Positions 38,814 through 49,134 of a stretch of 64,000 nt of DNA are shown here, one piece after another. The notes under the pieces are model-generated. The model worked only from the letters and a program-made list of their open reading frames with translations. It did not search any database and was not told the DNA's origin. This stretch comes from a bacterium (GTDB lineage Bacteria > SAR324 > XYD2-FULL-50-16 > G965216635), in assembly GCA_965216635.1 (NCBI GenBank), contig OZ244188.1:2048001-2112000 (forward strand), in the 5' to 3' direction. The position numbers and the translations under genes were made by a program. Every line of letters begins with the position of its first letter. Positions within the stretch are counted from its first letter, which is position 1.

Positions 38814-40454
38814 TTAAATTCTTTTTCTGCGATTAGATGAAGGAATTCTAAGTGCTTCTCTGTATTTGGCTATAGTCCTGCGAGCAACCTTAATTTTTTC
38901 TAACTCATAAAGTTTTTCCGCCATATAGCTATCGGTATAAGGTTTTTTTGTATTTTCTTGAGAAATGATTTTTTGAATATGCTCTTTGATTTTCAAAGAA
39001 GAAATCACAACACCATCTTTTTGTTCTACTCCGCTGGAAAAAAAATATTTTAACTCAAAAACACCTCTTGAGGTATGCATATATTTACGGTTGCTAATTC
39101 TACTCACAGTAGATTCGTGCATATCAATATCTTGAGCTACATCTTTTAAAACCATAGGTTCTAGATATTCTTTGCCGTATTGAAAAAATTTTTTTTGTTT
39201 TTTTACAATACTCACCACAACCTTTCGGATAGTTTCTTGTCTTTGTTCAATATTCTTCATTAACCATTCTCCAGCCCTTACTTTTTCTAAAACATAGCGG
39301 TTGGATATTTCTTTTTCGCTTTCAATAAAAGACTGACGTATTTTCTTTCTAATAGAATCTTTAATTAAATTTTTGTAGTAAGGATTGATATGGAATTTTT
39401 TAAAATTCTCATTGAGTCGCACTATATAGGCAGAATTTTTTTTCATAATGAAAACATCCGGCACAATATACTTCTCTTCCCTATTGATAAAAGAATCTCC
39501 CGGAAAAGGAGAGAGAATTTGAATGTTTTGTTGAGCGCTCATAATATCTATGAGACTTGTGTTTAAAAATCTGCTTATTTTTTTGAATTTTTTTTCTGTG
39601 AACAGAAACCAAAAATCCTTAATAATTTTATATTCAAAAGATTCTGAATTGTAAGATTCTTCTGCTTGAGCGAGCAAACACTCTCTCAAATCACGAGCTC
39701 CTATTCCAGTAGGCGCTAGTTTTTGTAACTGGAGCAAAAGGGAGTTAAGAATATAGATAGATTCGTCGGGAATTTTTTCTAAAGGACACCAAAAATTTTG
39801 TATTGCTGCTTTTTCTTTTGCAGACTCTCTAGTATAGGCAAGATCTCCCAAAGCAATGTCAAAGTCTTTGTCATAAGGATATTTCTTTTTCAGTTTTTGG
39901 CTAGTTTGAAATATTTCTTCACTAGAAGCAAGTAGCTCTCTTATACTTCCCCAAAGATAACCATTCTCGTAAAGATTGTAAGCTAAATAGCTTAGTATTT
40001 CTTTTTCCTCTTCATCAAAATCGGATAGATTTATTTGCTCTAGTAGATGTTCTGATAAAGAAATTTTTTCTCTAATTGTTGCCTCTAAAACATTGCCTTT
40101 TTCTTCCTTATTGTTTTCTTTGGTTTTGGTGGAAACTAAATTATCGTAAGAATCTACATTGTAAGAATCAAAATCATACTCCGCATCTGAATCTCCTAAA
40201 ATTTCTTCTTCTCCACTCAGCGATTGCTCTTCTTCTGATTTGTTATCTTCCAAAGAAGAAACAGGATCCTCACTTGTTTCGTTTTCTTCAAGAACAGGAT
40301 TTTCTAATAAAGACTGTTCTACGAGTTGTTCCATTTCAACTCGCGACATTTGCAGTAATTTAATGGCTTGTTGCAACTGGGGGGTCATAATCAAATGATG
40401 CCCCATCCTAGTTTGCAATTTCATATTTGCTTTCATAACTCGAATCCGATCCAT
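38814..40454 (-). CDS. rpoN: RNA polymerase sigma-54 factor
   Basis: MTPQLQQAIKLLQ, HESTVSR and RpoN box ARRTIAKYR. Confidence 0.96.
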   Translation of the reverse strand: MDRIRVMKANMKLQTRMGHHLIMTPQLQQAIKLLQMSRVEMEQLVEQSLLENPVLEENETSEDPVSSLEDNKSEEEQSLSGEEEILGDSDAEYDFDSYNVDSYDNLVSTKTKENNKEEKGNVLEATIREKISLSEHLLEQINLSDFDEEEKEILSYLAYNLYENGYLWGSIRELLASSEEIFQTSQKLKKKYPYDKDFDIALGDLAYTRESAKEKAAIQNFWCPLEKIPDESIYILNSLLLQLQKLAPTGIGARDLRECLLAQAEESYNSESFEYKIIKDFWFLFTEKKFKKISRFLNTSLIDIMSAQQNIQILSPFPGDSFINREEKYIVPDVFIMKKNSAYIVRLNENFKKFHINPYYKNLIKDSIRKKIRQSFIESEKEISNRYVLEKVRAGEWLMKNIEQRQETIRKVVVSIVKKQKKFFQYGKEYLEPMVLKDVAQDIDMHESTVSRISNRKYMHTSRGVFELKYFFSSGVEQKDGVVISSLKIKEHIQKIISQENTKKPYTDSYMAEKLYELEKIKVARRTIAKYREALRIPSSNRRKRI

Positions 40455-40574
40455 TACAAGTTAAGAAATTACTAAAATTGTAATTTTAGTACAGTTTCGG
40501 CAAAAACCACGCCAAAGTCAAGACTTTTTTTTAGATTGACAACGTTTTATTTTAAAGTTCCCAGTGATTTTTAT

Positions 40575-40713
40575 AAAAAACTTTTAACTCTTGCCATTTG
40601 TGAAGAAATGCTCTTCAGTATTCCAGCGAGCTAAAAATTTTTTTCGCACCTGTTCTAACCATTTGGCTAGCTGTCGCAGCTGGTTTTGTCCTATTTGGCA
40701 AATTCAAAGGTCT
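40575..40713. mobile_element. Palindromic MITE copy
   Basis: Same modules as the 37290 and 57367 copies; ends AATTCAAAGGTCTA. Confidence 0.75.
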
Positions 40714-40914
40714 ATAAAACGAAAAAGAAGGCATGAGCTGTTTTTTCACTTGTTTTTTTTATTAGAAATTTCATAAAAAAATTTTGGGGTTGAAGGTTTT
40801 GTTTTTTTATAGTAGATTTAACTTAAGTATCACAAAACGGCAAGGAGTACTGATTAGAGTCGGAGTGTTATTTGTTTTTTAATTAATTAAGTGTCTTAAA
40901 CTATAGAAGAAAAT

Positions 40915-41748
40915 ATGAACAGTAAATACAAAACGTATACTCTAAAAGCTAGTGTTTTTATTCTAGCAAAATCACTTTTGGGAGTGCTACTTCTGTGTAG
41001 TTTGCACTCAAATGCAACCGCAGAAGAATCCGAATGTGGTAATAAGCTTGGCTCTTTTTGGTCAAAATATACAACAAATCAATGTCTATCGCGAGCTGCA
41101 AAAGCATATTATATTGGTGCCAATTTTCAAGGGGTCGTAGCTGGGTATCACTACAATAAAAAAACAACCTTTGAAATCGCATACACACCTGAAAACTTTT
41201 TTACAAAAGAAGGTGAATTTGAAGTCGGCGGTGTAAGAGAAGGATTAGGCTCATTTGAGAATGGTAGTAGCGAAAACTATGCAGGGTTAACTGGTGAAGC
41301 TGCCGATTATGAAAATAGTGATAAACATCTTACTCGCTTTTTAACGCGGTATCATTTAATTGGACCTTTATCACTAGTTGGCGGGCTTGGTATCGCATTT
41401 GATTCAACGCGAAAAATAAAATTCGCCAAGGCAAAACATACACTTGGTAATAATACATACGATACTGCTGTCAATGCAAGTTGGACGCTGAAAGACAGTT
41501 TCTCGCCACTGGTCGGTTTTGATATAGGACATATTTTCAGAGTCAACTGGGGTGCGATTGAAGGTATACGATTAGCATTCAAAGGAGTATACGGTGTGAT
41601 ACCGCGAAGGGTTACTAGTGTCAGTGTTGAAACCCCTAATGCAACTGTCAGTAGTTCAGATTTGGAGCTGTTTAAAAAAGAATTAATCAATGCAGCAGAA
41701 AGAGAGTATTATGGTTTTTATACGTTTGATATAGAAATTATGTGGTAA
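40915..41748 (+). CDS. Putative outer-membrane/exported protein
   Basis: Signal peptide (SNA-T), amphipathic strands and terminal Trp. Confidence 0.55.
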   Translation: MNSKYKTYTLKASVFILAKSLLGVLLLCSLHSNATAEESECGNKLGSFWSKYTTNQCLSRAAKAYYIGANFQGVVAGYHYNKKTTFEIAYTPENFFTKEGEFEVGGVREGLGSFENGSSENYAGLTGEAADYENSDKHLTRFLTRYHLIGPLSLVGGLGIAFDSTRKIKFAKAKHTLGNNTYDTAVNASWTLKDSFSPLVGFDIGHIFRVNWGAIEGIRLAFKGVYGVIPRRVTSVSVETPNATVSSSDLELFKKELINAAEREYYGFYTFDIEIMW

Positions 41749-41998
41749 CACACCTAGTTCGCCCTAAAATTTTGAAATATCGTAGGGGCCTGTTCTAGCA
41801 CCTGTAGGAACATTGCCCTCTCCTATCATTTTTATTTTGCTTGCTATATTTCCTAAAATAGCGCTAGAATTAAATGGACATAGCTATTAGTATTTATCTT
41901 TGGTTTATAGACTTTTGGATTAGCGTTTTGTTTAGCATATATATAGGGGACATTATTTTTTCTTTAAAAAAAGTTTGTTTCCGCTAGCAAGAGATATT

Positions 41999-42042
41999 TA
42001 GTCGTCCCTTTAAAAGTCTAAAATTATTTTAAGGGACGACTA
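41999..42042. mobile_element. 44-bp ends-only remnant of an IS5-family element
   Basis: TAGTCGTCCCTT...AAGGGACGACTA; first 28 bp match the IS end at 20847 with 2 mismatches. Confidence 0.8.
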
Positions 42043-42055
42043 AACAGAAGGCATC

Positions 42056-42589
42056 ATGAAAAATTCACTCACCTTTCTATTATTTTTCTTATTTTCAAGC
42101 ATTGCCTTTGGGTTGCCCTTGCCAAAAGCAGGAGATTTTCAAATAAAGGAAGTTGCCCATAAAAATATCTTGTATATTGTTCATACTGAATACCAAGGAC
42201 ATATTTCCAACTCATTAATCAAATTGATACAGTATTACCTATTGAAAGAAAGTAACACTTATGAAGTTATATTTCCTCAGCTGAGTGTGGAAAGTGGAAA
42301 TATTGAAGGTAGCTACTACGCAATAGGTTTTAAAGGTAAACCCCAAGAAACTGATGAAATAAAAACCACACAACTTAAAGGCGGATTATTCGCTTCTTTT
42401 ATTTACAAAGGGAATTACAAATCCATAGCTTCCGCAATTAAAGGCACTTTCCAGAAGGTTCTAAAGACAGGCAAATATATTCCTCACAATAATGAGGAAA
42501 TAAGACTACTATACTGGAATAGTGTGGATGATAATCACCCTAAAGATTTAATAACCGAAATCCAAGTACGAGTTACAAAATTGCCATGA
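42056..42589 (+). CDS. GyrI-like small-molecule-binding domain protein with signal peptide
   Basis: GGLFASFIYKGNY and DLITEIQV motifs. Confidence 0.7.
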   Translation: MKNSLTFLLFFLFSSIAFGLPLPKAGDFQIKEVAHKNILYIVHTEYQGHISNSLIKLIQYYLLKESNTYEVIFPQLSVESGNIEGSYYAIGFKGKPQETDEIKTTQLKGGLFASFIYKGNYKSIASAIKGTFQKVLKTGKYIPHNNEEIRLLYWNSVDDNHPKDLITEIQVRVTKLP

Positions 42590-42671
42590 AAAACAGGCTA
42601 ACAAATCATTCCAGTAGAAGACTTCACCGCTACAAAAATTTAGTTGTGATGTGAAAAAAACCTAAATTTTT

Positions 42672-44003
42672 ATGAGTCTACAAAAAGAGCCACAGCAAAT
42701 GCAGGATTTATCTTTAAAGCTAGATATTCCAATTTGGAAAAATAGCATTGAGCTTCCTTCTAGAGATAAAAAAAAACACCATACTTTTGCTTTAGAAAAA
42801 AAATTTTTTTTCACTTGGTCTGAAGAAAATGGGTCAGAAGAAAATCAAAAAATTATTATTTTTGTATCTCCTCAAACGAGTCTAATTGAAGTTTTGCAAT
42901 ACAGCACTTTTTTAGGGAAACAGCTTGAATTTTATCTAACTTCTAGTCAATTGATTAGAGAAAGAATTCATCAATTTGAGGTACCTGAATCTGCTTCTCA
43001 AAGTAATTTTGTGTCGGTCTTTTTAACGGAGCTATTAGAAACAGCATCACAAAAAAAAGCAACTGATATTCATTTTTCGCCAACTCCAAAAGATAACTAC
43101 AATATACAAATTCGCATAGACGGAAAATTGCAGCCTTACAAAACAGAAGTAATAAAAGGAGTACTTCTCAAAGTAAAATTGCTCTCTCAAATGGATGTTG
43201 CCAAAACTAGATTTCCACAGGACGGTTATATGAACTTTCAAAACAAGAAAGGAAAAAAGTTTGATGTGAGAGTAGCTACTATTCCTTCCGTACTAGGAGA
43301 AAAAATGGTAATTCGGATTCTCCCTTTAGAAAACCTTGAAATTGATTTTAAGAAGCTCAATTTTCCTAAACCGTTTATTGCGATAATAGAAAGATTAATA
43401 GCAGACGCTGCGTCGGGATGGATATTAGTCACGGGTCCTACTGGATCTGGAAAAACAACAACGCTTTATTCTATTGTGCGGGCTTTAATTCAAAAAAATC
43501 TCAACATTATTACCATAGAAGACCCTGTAGAATATAGAATAGATGGAATCACCCAAGTTCAAATTAACGAAAAAGCGGGCATTACTTTTTCTAGTATTTT
43601 GCGAGCTAGCCTGCGTCAAGACCCTGATGTGATTCTTGTCGGTGAAATTAGAGACGAAGAAACTGCCAAAATAGCAGCAGCTGCCGCTAAAACTGGGCAT
43701 TTAGTACTTTCTACGATCCACAGCAGCAATGTATTGGAAACTTTACAAAGAATGAAATTTTTACAAATTGCCCCTGAAGACCTTGCTAATTCTTTAAAAT
43801 TAATTATATCTCAAAGGCTTCTTCAACCCACAGATACTACAGGTAGAGTTCCAGTATTGGAATATTTGGAAAACAACCGTGAAATTAGAGACGCTATTTT
43901 GGAGCAAAAAACAATTCTTGAGATAGAAAAAATTATGAAAAAACAAAAATTTATTTCTATGCAGGATTACGCCAAAAAAATCGGTATTAGTATGGCAGAT
44001 TGA
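42672..44003 (+). CDS. GspE/PilB-family secretion/pilus ATPase
   Basis: ATDIH, PQDG, GPTGSGKTTTLY, IEDPVEY and LRQDPDVILVGEIRD motifs. Confidence 0.92.
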   Translation: MSLQKEPQQMQDLSLKLDIPIWKNSIELPSRDKKKHHTFALEKKFFFTWSEENGSEENQKIIIFVSPQTSLIEVLQYSTFLGKQLEFYLTSSQLIRERIHQFEVPESASQSNFVSVFLTELLETASQKKATDIHFSPTPKDNYNIQIRIDGKLQPYKTEVIKGVLLKVKLLSQMDVAKTRFPQDGYMNFQNKKGKKFDVRVATIPSVLGEKMVIRILPLENLEIDFKKLNFPKPFIAIIERLIADAASGWILVTGPTGSGKTTTLYSIVRALIQKNLNIITIEDPVEYRIDGITQVQINEKAGITFSSILRASLRQDPDVILVGEIRDEETAKIAAAAAKTGHLVLSTIHSSNVLETLQRMKFLQIAPEDLANSLKLIISQRLLQPTDTTGRVPVLEYLENNREIRDAILEQKTILEIEKIMKKQKFISMQDYAKKIGISMAD

Positions 44004-44095
44004 AAGTATTGCAATAATTTACACTATTGGCAAAAGTCTATTAATATTCTGCTTAGACGAGTATTGTGAATACAATAGCTCAAGCAAAAAACAGG

Positions 44096-44638
44096 CTAGT
44101 CCTGTTTTTTGTTTTCTGTATCGTCAAAAATGCGACTGCTCGTAGCTCCTTTTTGATTTTGATATTTTCCACGATAAGAGAATTCTACAGGCTGATCCAT
44201 CTCGGCAAAAACAATCTGGCAGATTCTTCTTCCAGCCTCTATTTCTATGGGAAGATCATTCGCGTTATAAAGCTCCAAAGTAATTTGTCCGCAAAATCCG
44301 GGATCCACCCAACCAGCATTTTGAATAAAAAGCCCCATTCTACCTACAGAACTTCTTCCCTCTACAAAGGCAGCTAAAAAATTTGGAACCTCCACTCTCT
44401 CTTTAGTGGTTGCTAATACAAAAGAGTGTGGCAAAAGAATCATTTTTTTTTTTTCAATATGTTCGTATTGAGCTGGTGTAGTAAGATTGAGAAATTCACC
44501 TTTTTTACTTACCTGCAAAAAATTTTTGTCTAAAATTAAATCTATAGAAGCGGGCTGGATTTGGTAATCGTCTAGCGGTTCTATTTTTAATTTCCCTTCT
44601 CTCAGGTATTGGCGAATGCTTTTATCAGACAGAATCAT
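44096..44638 (-). CDS. dcd: dCTP deaminase
   Basis: QPASIDL, EGRSSVGR, DPGFCGQITLE and KYQNQ motifs. Confidence 0.93.
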   Translation of the reverse strand: MILSDKSIRQYLREGKLKIEPLDDYQIQPASIDLILDKNFLQVSKKGEFLNLTTPAQYEHIEKKKMILLPHSFVLATTKERVEVPNFLAAFVEGRSSVGRMGLFIQNAGWVDPGFCGQITLELYNANDLPIEIEAGRRICQIVFAEMDQPVEFSYRGKYQNQKGATSSRIFDDTENKKQD

Positions 44639-44683
44639 AATTTTTTATAGAAGATTTTTTTTTTTAACAAAAACTAAATAATA

Positions 44684-44757
44684 TAGACCTTTGAATTTCG
44701 CTGATGCTTACCCCACTATTGTGCCTAGCCGTCACATCAGCGAAATTTAAAGGTCTA
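44684..44757. mobile_element. Short palindromic MITE copy
   Basis: 23-bp IRs TAGACCTTTGAATTTCGCTGATG/CATCAGCGAAATTTAAAGGTCTA. Confidence 0.8.
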
Positions 44758-44845
44758 GAATAGCAAAAACAAAAAATTTGACAAGTTCTGTGAAAATTTG
44801 ATAACCTTAACTTATAAAATATAGTAAATATAGCAAAACCAAAAA

Positions 44846-46027
44846 ATGCAACATTTTCTTCAAAAATTTCTCACGTTCTTTGAAAACTTGAATCCTTTTT
44901 CTTTTGATACAAGTGCTTACCTATTTCTTTTCTTGTCTTGTCTTTTTCTGTTTGTAGCTCATATTTTTGTGAGTAAATTTATATTGAATTTTATTCAAAA
45001 AATTATTACAAAAAAAAGCTCAGCTCGGATCAAAATTTTTTCTGACTCGTTATTTTTTCAGAAGGCACTCAAGTTTGGTTTTTGGTTTTTGCTCTACTTT
45101 ATTGTAAATGATATTCTCACTCTCCCTGAGATTATAATCAAAATTATTTTTGTTCCAGTAATCTGGTTGTTTTTAAGAACTCTAGATCAATTTTTGATTT
45201 GTATTCACAAATTTTACGAACAACTAGATTTAGCGAAAAACAATCCTATCAAAGGCTACCTCCAGCTTTTAAGGATGGTTTTTTATACGATGGCTCTCAT
45301 TATTTTTGTTGTAGTGATTTTTGAAAAAAACCTCTCCGTTCTTTTAGGAGGATTTGGAGCTGCAACCGCCATTATTTTACTTATTTTTCGCGATACAATT
45401 TTATCTTTAGTCGCTAGTATTCAAATTTTTTCTAACAAACTTATTGCCCCAAAAGATTGGGTAGAAATTCCATTTTTCCAAGCCGATGGTGAAGTTATAG
45501 ATATCAATTTACACCAAGTGATTATCAAAAATTGGGATAATAGCCAGACGGTGATTCCCATTTATAAACTTATGGAAAACAGTTTTAAAAATTGGCGTAG
45601 TATGTATAAAGAAGGGCGCCGTATTCTCAATCAACTTTGGTTTGACCAAAAATCTATCCATATTTGTAGTGTAAAACAATTAAAAAAATTAACGGAAATA
45701 CCTTTGCTGAAAAAAGATGTTGAGTTTATTTTAGACAAATATAAAGAAGGAGAGCCTCTCGTTGCTACAAACCTTACTTTATTTCGCCAATACACAAAAA
45801 ATTATCTGCAAAACCATAGTAAAATTTCTCATAAATTTACTATAATCATTAGAAATCTAAGTCCCACTCCAGAAGGTCTACCAATGCAAATTTATGCATT
45901 TTGTAATGAAACAAGGTGGGCAGAATACGAAATCATTCAATCTTTAATCATTGAACATTTGATTGCCATTTCTAAAGATTTTGACTTGGAAATTTTCCAG
46001 CTAGAGAACAACAGAAAAAAAAGATAA
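44846..46027 (+). CDS. Mechanosensitive channel, MscS family (YbdG-like)
   Basis: FRDTILSLVASIQ, ADGEVIDI, SFKNWRSM and GLPMQIYAF motifs. Confidence 0.9.
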   Translation: MQHFLQKFLTFFENLNPFSFDTSAYLFLFLSCLFLFVAHIFVSKFILNFIQKIITKKSSARIKIFSDSLFFQKALKFGFWFLLYFIVNDILTLPEIIIKIIFVPVIWLFLRTLDQFLICIHKFYEQLDLAKNNPIKGYLQLLRMVFYTMALIIFVVVIFEKNLSVLLGGFGAATAIILLIFRDTILSLVASIQIFSNKLIAPKDWVEIPFFQADGEVIDINLHQVIIKNWDNSQTVIPIYKLMENSFKNWRSMYKEGRRILNQLWFDQKSIHICSVKQLKKLTEIPLLKKDVEFILDKYKEGEPLVATNLTLFRQYTKNYLQNHSKISHKFTIIIRNLSPTPEGLPMQIYAFCNETRWAEYEIIQSLIIEHLIAISKDFDLEIFQLENNRKKR

Positions 46028-46067
46028 ATCAAAAGATTTTTTTAGCTCGAAATTTTTATCTTAGTCC

Positions 46068-47183
46068 TTATTTTTTTTCTACTATAGCCTTTACCTTGAG
46101 ATAATTCCTTATCCCAAAATCTTTGATAAAAAATAATTTACCTTTTAACCCGACCGTTTTGTAGCTATGATAAATTTCATTTAAAACAAACAATGGACTG
46201 ATGGATGGATATTCTTTGAGAATATCTGTAAAAAATTCTCTAACTTTTTTCTGTTTTTTTTTTAGCAGTCTGCTGTAACACAAATACTTCAAAAGGTTAA
46301 GATAATAGGGGATAAGTGCTGATTTTTCTACACCAGAATAACCATAAAAATCTTTAATCGCAGAAATTGTCTCAAAAACTCTCACAGCTTCTTGGGATTT
46401 TTGAGAATCAACTTTTTCCATATCCCAATTTAAAAAAATTCTAATAGTCTCTACATCTATTTTTATATTGAATTGCATAAGATGTTTCTGAACGACTAGC
46501 AAATGAGTTTTTCTTTGTTTTTCTTTGTTAGCTGTACTCTCTTGTTTATTATGAGCACGACACCTATATAAAATTTCATCAATGGCAGCAAAAGAAAGAA
46601 CAGAGCAGCCGTTTATCCAATAATCAGTATCCTCTACAGATTTTAATTGCTCATTAAAAAGCAATTTATTTGCTCTAATTTTTTTCATTTTCACCATACT
46701 GCCACCGGTTCCGAATGCACAATCAAATAAAAAAGTAGATTTAATTTGGGAATCAAGAAGAGGTCTTTTAAGTATAAATTGACTGTTTTCAAGATAACCC
46801 AGATGACAACTTACTACATCTATACTAGGATTTTGTTTTAAATAATCTATTTGAGTTTGCACCCAGTGGGGTAAGCTAATATCATCGGCATCCATCCATG
46901 CTATAAATTCTGTGGTAGCTTTTTTAAGGAGAGTGTTACGACTTTTTGCGGTTTTTTGGTTGCTGTTATTGACGAGAACTTTGATTCTTTTATTTTCTTT
47001 CGCATAAGCCTTTATAATTTTTAAACTATTATCCGTAGAGCCATCGTCTAAAATCAGAAATTTAAAATCAGTATATGTTTGCTTTAAAATACTACCAATA
47101 CTATCGTCTAAAAATTTTTCTGCGTTATAGACGGGCATTAAAATCGTTAAAAGAGTTCGTGATAGTTTTTTCTTTGTTACCAT
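46068..47183 (-). CDS. Glycosyltransferase family 2 (module type B)
   Basis: LMPVYN, DDGSTD and WMDADD motifs. Confidence 0.92.
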   Translation of the reverse strand: MVTKKKLSRTLLTILMPVYNAEKFLDDSIGSILKQTYTDFKFLILDDGSTDNSLKIIKAYAKENKRIKVLVNNSNQKTAKSRNTLLKKATTEFIAWMDADDISLPHWVQTQIDYLKQNPSIDVVSCHLGYLENSQFILKRPLLDSQIKSTFLFDCAFGTGGSMVKMKKIRANKLLFNEQLKSVEDTDYWINGCSVLSFAAIDEILYRCRAHNKQESTANKEKQRKTHLLVVQKHLMQFNIKIDVETIRIFLNWDMEKVDSQKSQEAVRVFETISAIKDFYGYSGVEKSALIPYYLNLLKYLCYSRLLKKKQKKVREFFTDILKEYPSISPLFVLNEIYHSYKTVGLKGKLFFIKDFGIRNYLKVKAIVEKK

Positions 47184-48172
47184 GTTTTAACATTAAGATA
47201 GTTTGAAAATCCAAATTCTTTAATAAAGAACCACTTGCCTCTAAAACCCGACTTACGATAGCCGCGATAAAATTGTTTTAAGATGCTTTTTTTATTTATA
47301 CTAGAATAACCATAAAAATTTTTGATACGCAAAATTTGATTGGCAATTTTCAGAGTTTCTTGAAATTTTTGGGAATCAAATTCCATTTTTTTATCTAATG
47401 ACAAAAGAATTTTGATAGTTTCTGAATCTGCTTTTATATTGAATCTTAAAAGATGTCTCTTAATAAGAACGCTAGCGTTACCTAGGATTTGTTTTTGATT
47501 GATTGTTGTAGTTTGATTGGAATCTTGACGATACTGATATAACACTTTGTTTAAATTGGAAAATTTCATAAAAGGAAAACAGTCTATAATGTATTGGTGA
47601 TCTTCTCCTGTAGAGAGTTTGTGATGGCTATCAAAAAAAAGATTGTGCTGTTTTATTTTTTTCATTCTCATTAAAGAACTTCCAAACAGAAAATCAAAAC
47701 CAAATATAAAATTAGTTTTAATTTCAATATCGGATAGAGAATAATGAGAAGTGAAATTTGTAGCTTGAGTGCCACCAGCTCCAAAAGCACTATACTGATT
47801 GCCCACAGCGTCTATACTAGGATTTTGTTTTAAATAATCCATTTGAGATTGCAACCTGTTTTCTAAACTAATATCATCTGCATCCATCCATGCTATAAAT
47901 TCTGTTTTGGCGTTTTTTAGAAGACGATTACGACATTTAGCTTGTTTTTGATTAGTTTTATTGACTAGAACTTTGATTCTTTCATCTTTTTTTGCATAAG
48001 CCTTTATAATCTCTAAACTATTATCCGTAGAGCCATCGTCTAAAATCAGAAATTCAAAATCAGTGTAGGTTTGCTCTAAAATACTACCAATACTATCGTC
48101 TAAAAATTTTTCTGTGTTATAGACTGGCATTAAAACAGATAAAAGAAATTTTGTTTTTTTTTTCGTTACCAT
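47177..48172 (-). CDS. Glycosyltransferase family 2 (module type A)
   Basis: LMPVYN, DDGSTD and WMDADD motifs. Confidence 0.92.
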   Translation of the reverse strand: MVTKKKTKFLLSVLMPVYNTEKFLDDSIGSILEQTYTDFEFLILDDGSTDNSLEIIKAYAKKDERIKVLVNKTNQKQAKCRNRLLKNAKTEFIAWMDADDISLENRLQSQMDYLKQNPSIDAVGNQYSAFGAGGTQATNFTSHYSLSDIEIKTNFIFGFDFLFGSSLMRMKKIKQHNLFFDSHHKLSTGEDHQYIIDCFPFMKFSNLNKVLYQYRQDSNQTTTINQKQILGNASVLIKRHLLRFNIKADSETIKILLSLDKKMEFDSQKFQETLKIANQILRIKNFYGYSSINKKSILKQFYRGYRKSGFRGKWFFIKEFGFSNYLNVKTW

Positions 48173-49134
48173 GTCTTAACCTTGAGATAGTTTAAAACCC
48201 CAAATTCCTTGATAAAAAACCACTTGCCTCTAAAACCCGCCTTACGATAGCCGCGATAAAATTGTTTTAAGATGCTTTTTTTATTTATACTAGAATAACC
48301 ATAAAAATTTTTGATATGAAAAATTTGATTAATAATTTCCAGAGTCTCTTGAAATTTTTGAGGATTAAATTTTTTTTTATAAATAGATAGAGTAGTTTTG
48401 AGCACATCTGCAGTAACTTTTATGTTGTATTTTAAAAGATGTTTCTGAACAATTAACAAATGTACCTGCTTTTGTTTTTTTTTATTCATCACACTATTTT
48501 GTAAATGGTGTACACGATATTTATATAATACTTCATCAATCACGGAGAAAGAAAGGACAGAGCAGCAGTTCACCCAATAATCATAATCCTCTGCAGATTC
48601 TAATTGTTCATTAAAAAACAATTTATTCGCTTTAATTTTTTTCATTTTCACCGTACTGCCGCCGGTTCCGAATGCACAATCAAATAAAAAAGTAGATTTA
48701 ATTTGGGAATCAAGAAGAGGTCTTTTAAGTATAAATTGACGGTCTCCAAAACAACCCAAATGACAACTTACTACATCTATATTGGGATTTTGTTTTAAAT
48801 AATCTATTTGAGTTTGCAACCAGTGGGGTAAGCTAATATCATCGGCATCCATCCATGCTATAAATTCTGTAGTAGCTTTTTTAAGGAGAGTGTTACGATT
48901 TTTTGCGATTTTTTGGTTGTTTTTATTGACGAGAACTTTGATTCTTTTATCTTTTTTTGCATAAGCCTTTATAATTTTTAAACTATTATCCGTAGAGCCG
49001 TCGTCTAAAATCAGAAATTCAAAATCAGTATAGGTTTGCCCTAAAATACTACCGATACTATCGTCTAAAAATTTTTCTGCGTTATAGACGGGCATTAAAA
49101 CAGCTAAAGGAGATACAGATTTTTTATTTGCCAT
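48166..49134 (-). CDS. Glycosyltransferase family 2 (type B body, tail shared with 47177)
   Basis: GT2 motifs; mosaic similarity to neighbours. Confidence 0.92.
   Translation of the reverse strand: MANKKSVSPLAVLMPVYNAEKFLDDSIGSILGQTYTDFEFLILDDGSTDNSLKIIKAYAKKDKRIKVLVNKNNQKIAKNRNTLLKKATTEFIAWMDADDISLPHWLQTQIDYLKQNPNIDVVSCHLGCFGDRQFILKRPLLDSQIKSTFLFDCAFGTGGSTVKMKKIKANKLFFNEQLESAEDYDYWVNCCSVLSFSVIDEVLYKYRVHHLQNSVMNKKKQKQVHLLIVQKHLLKYNIKVTADVLKTTLSIYKKKFNPQKFQETLEIINQIFHIKNFYGYSSINKKSILKQFYRGYRKAGFRGKWFFIKEFGVLNYLKVKTW

Noticed and set aside
41753..41826. Degenerate GTAG-type REP (TTCGCCCTA / GTAGGGGC)
   Set aside because: Single weak copy with poor pairing; cannot be supported from this window.
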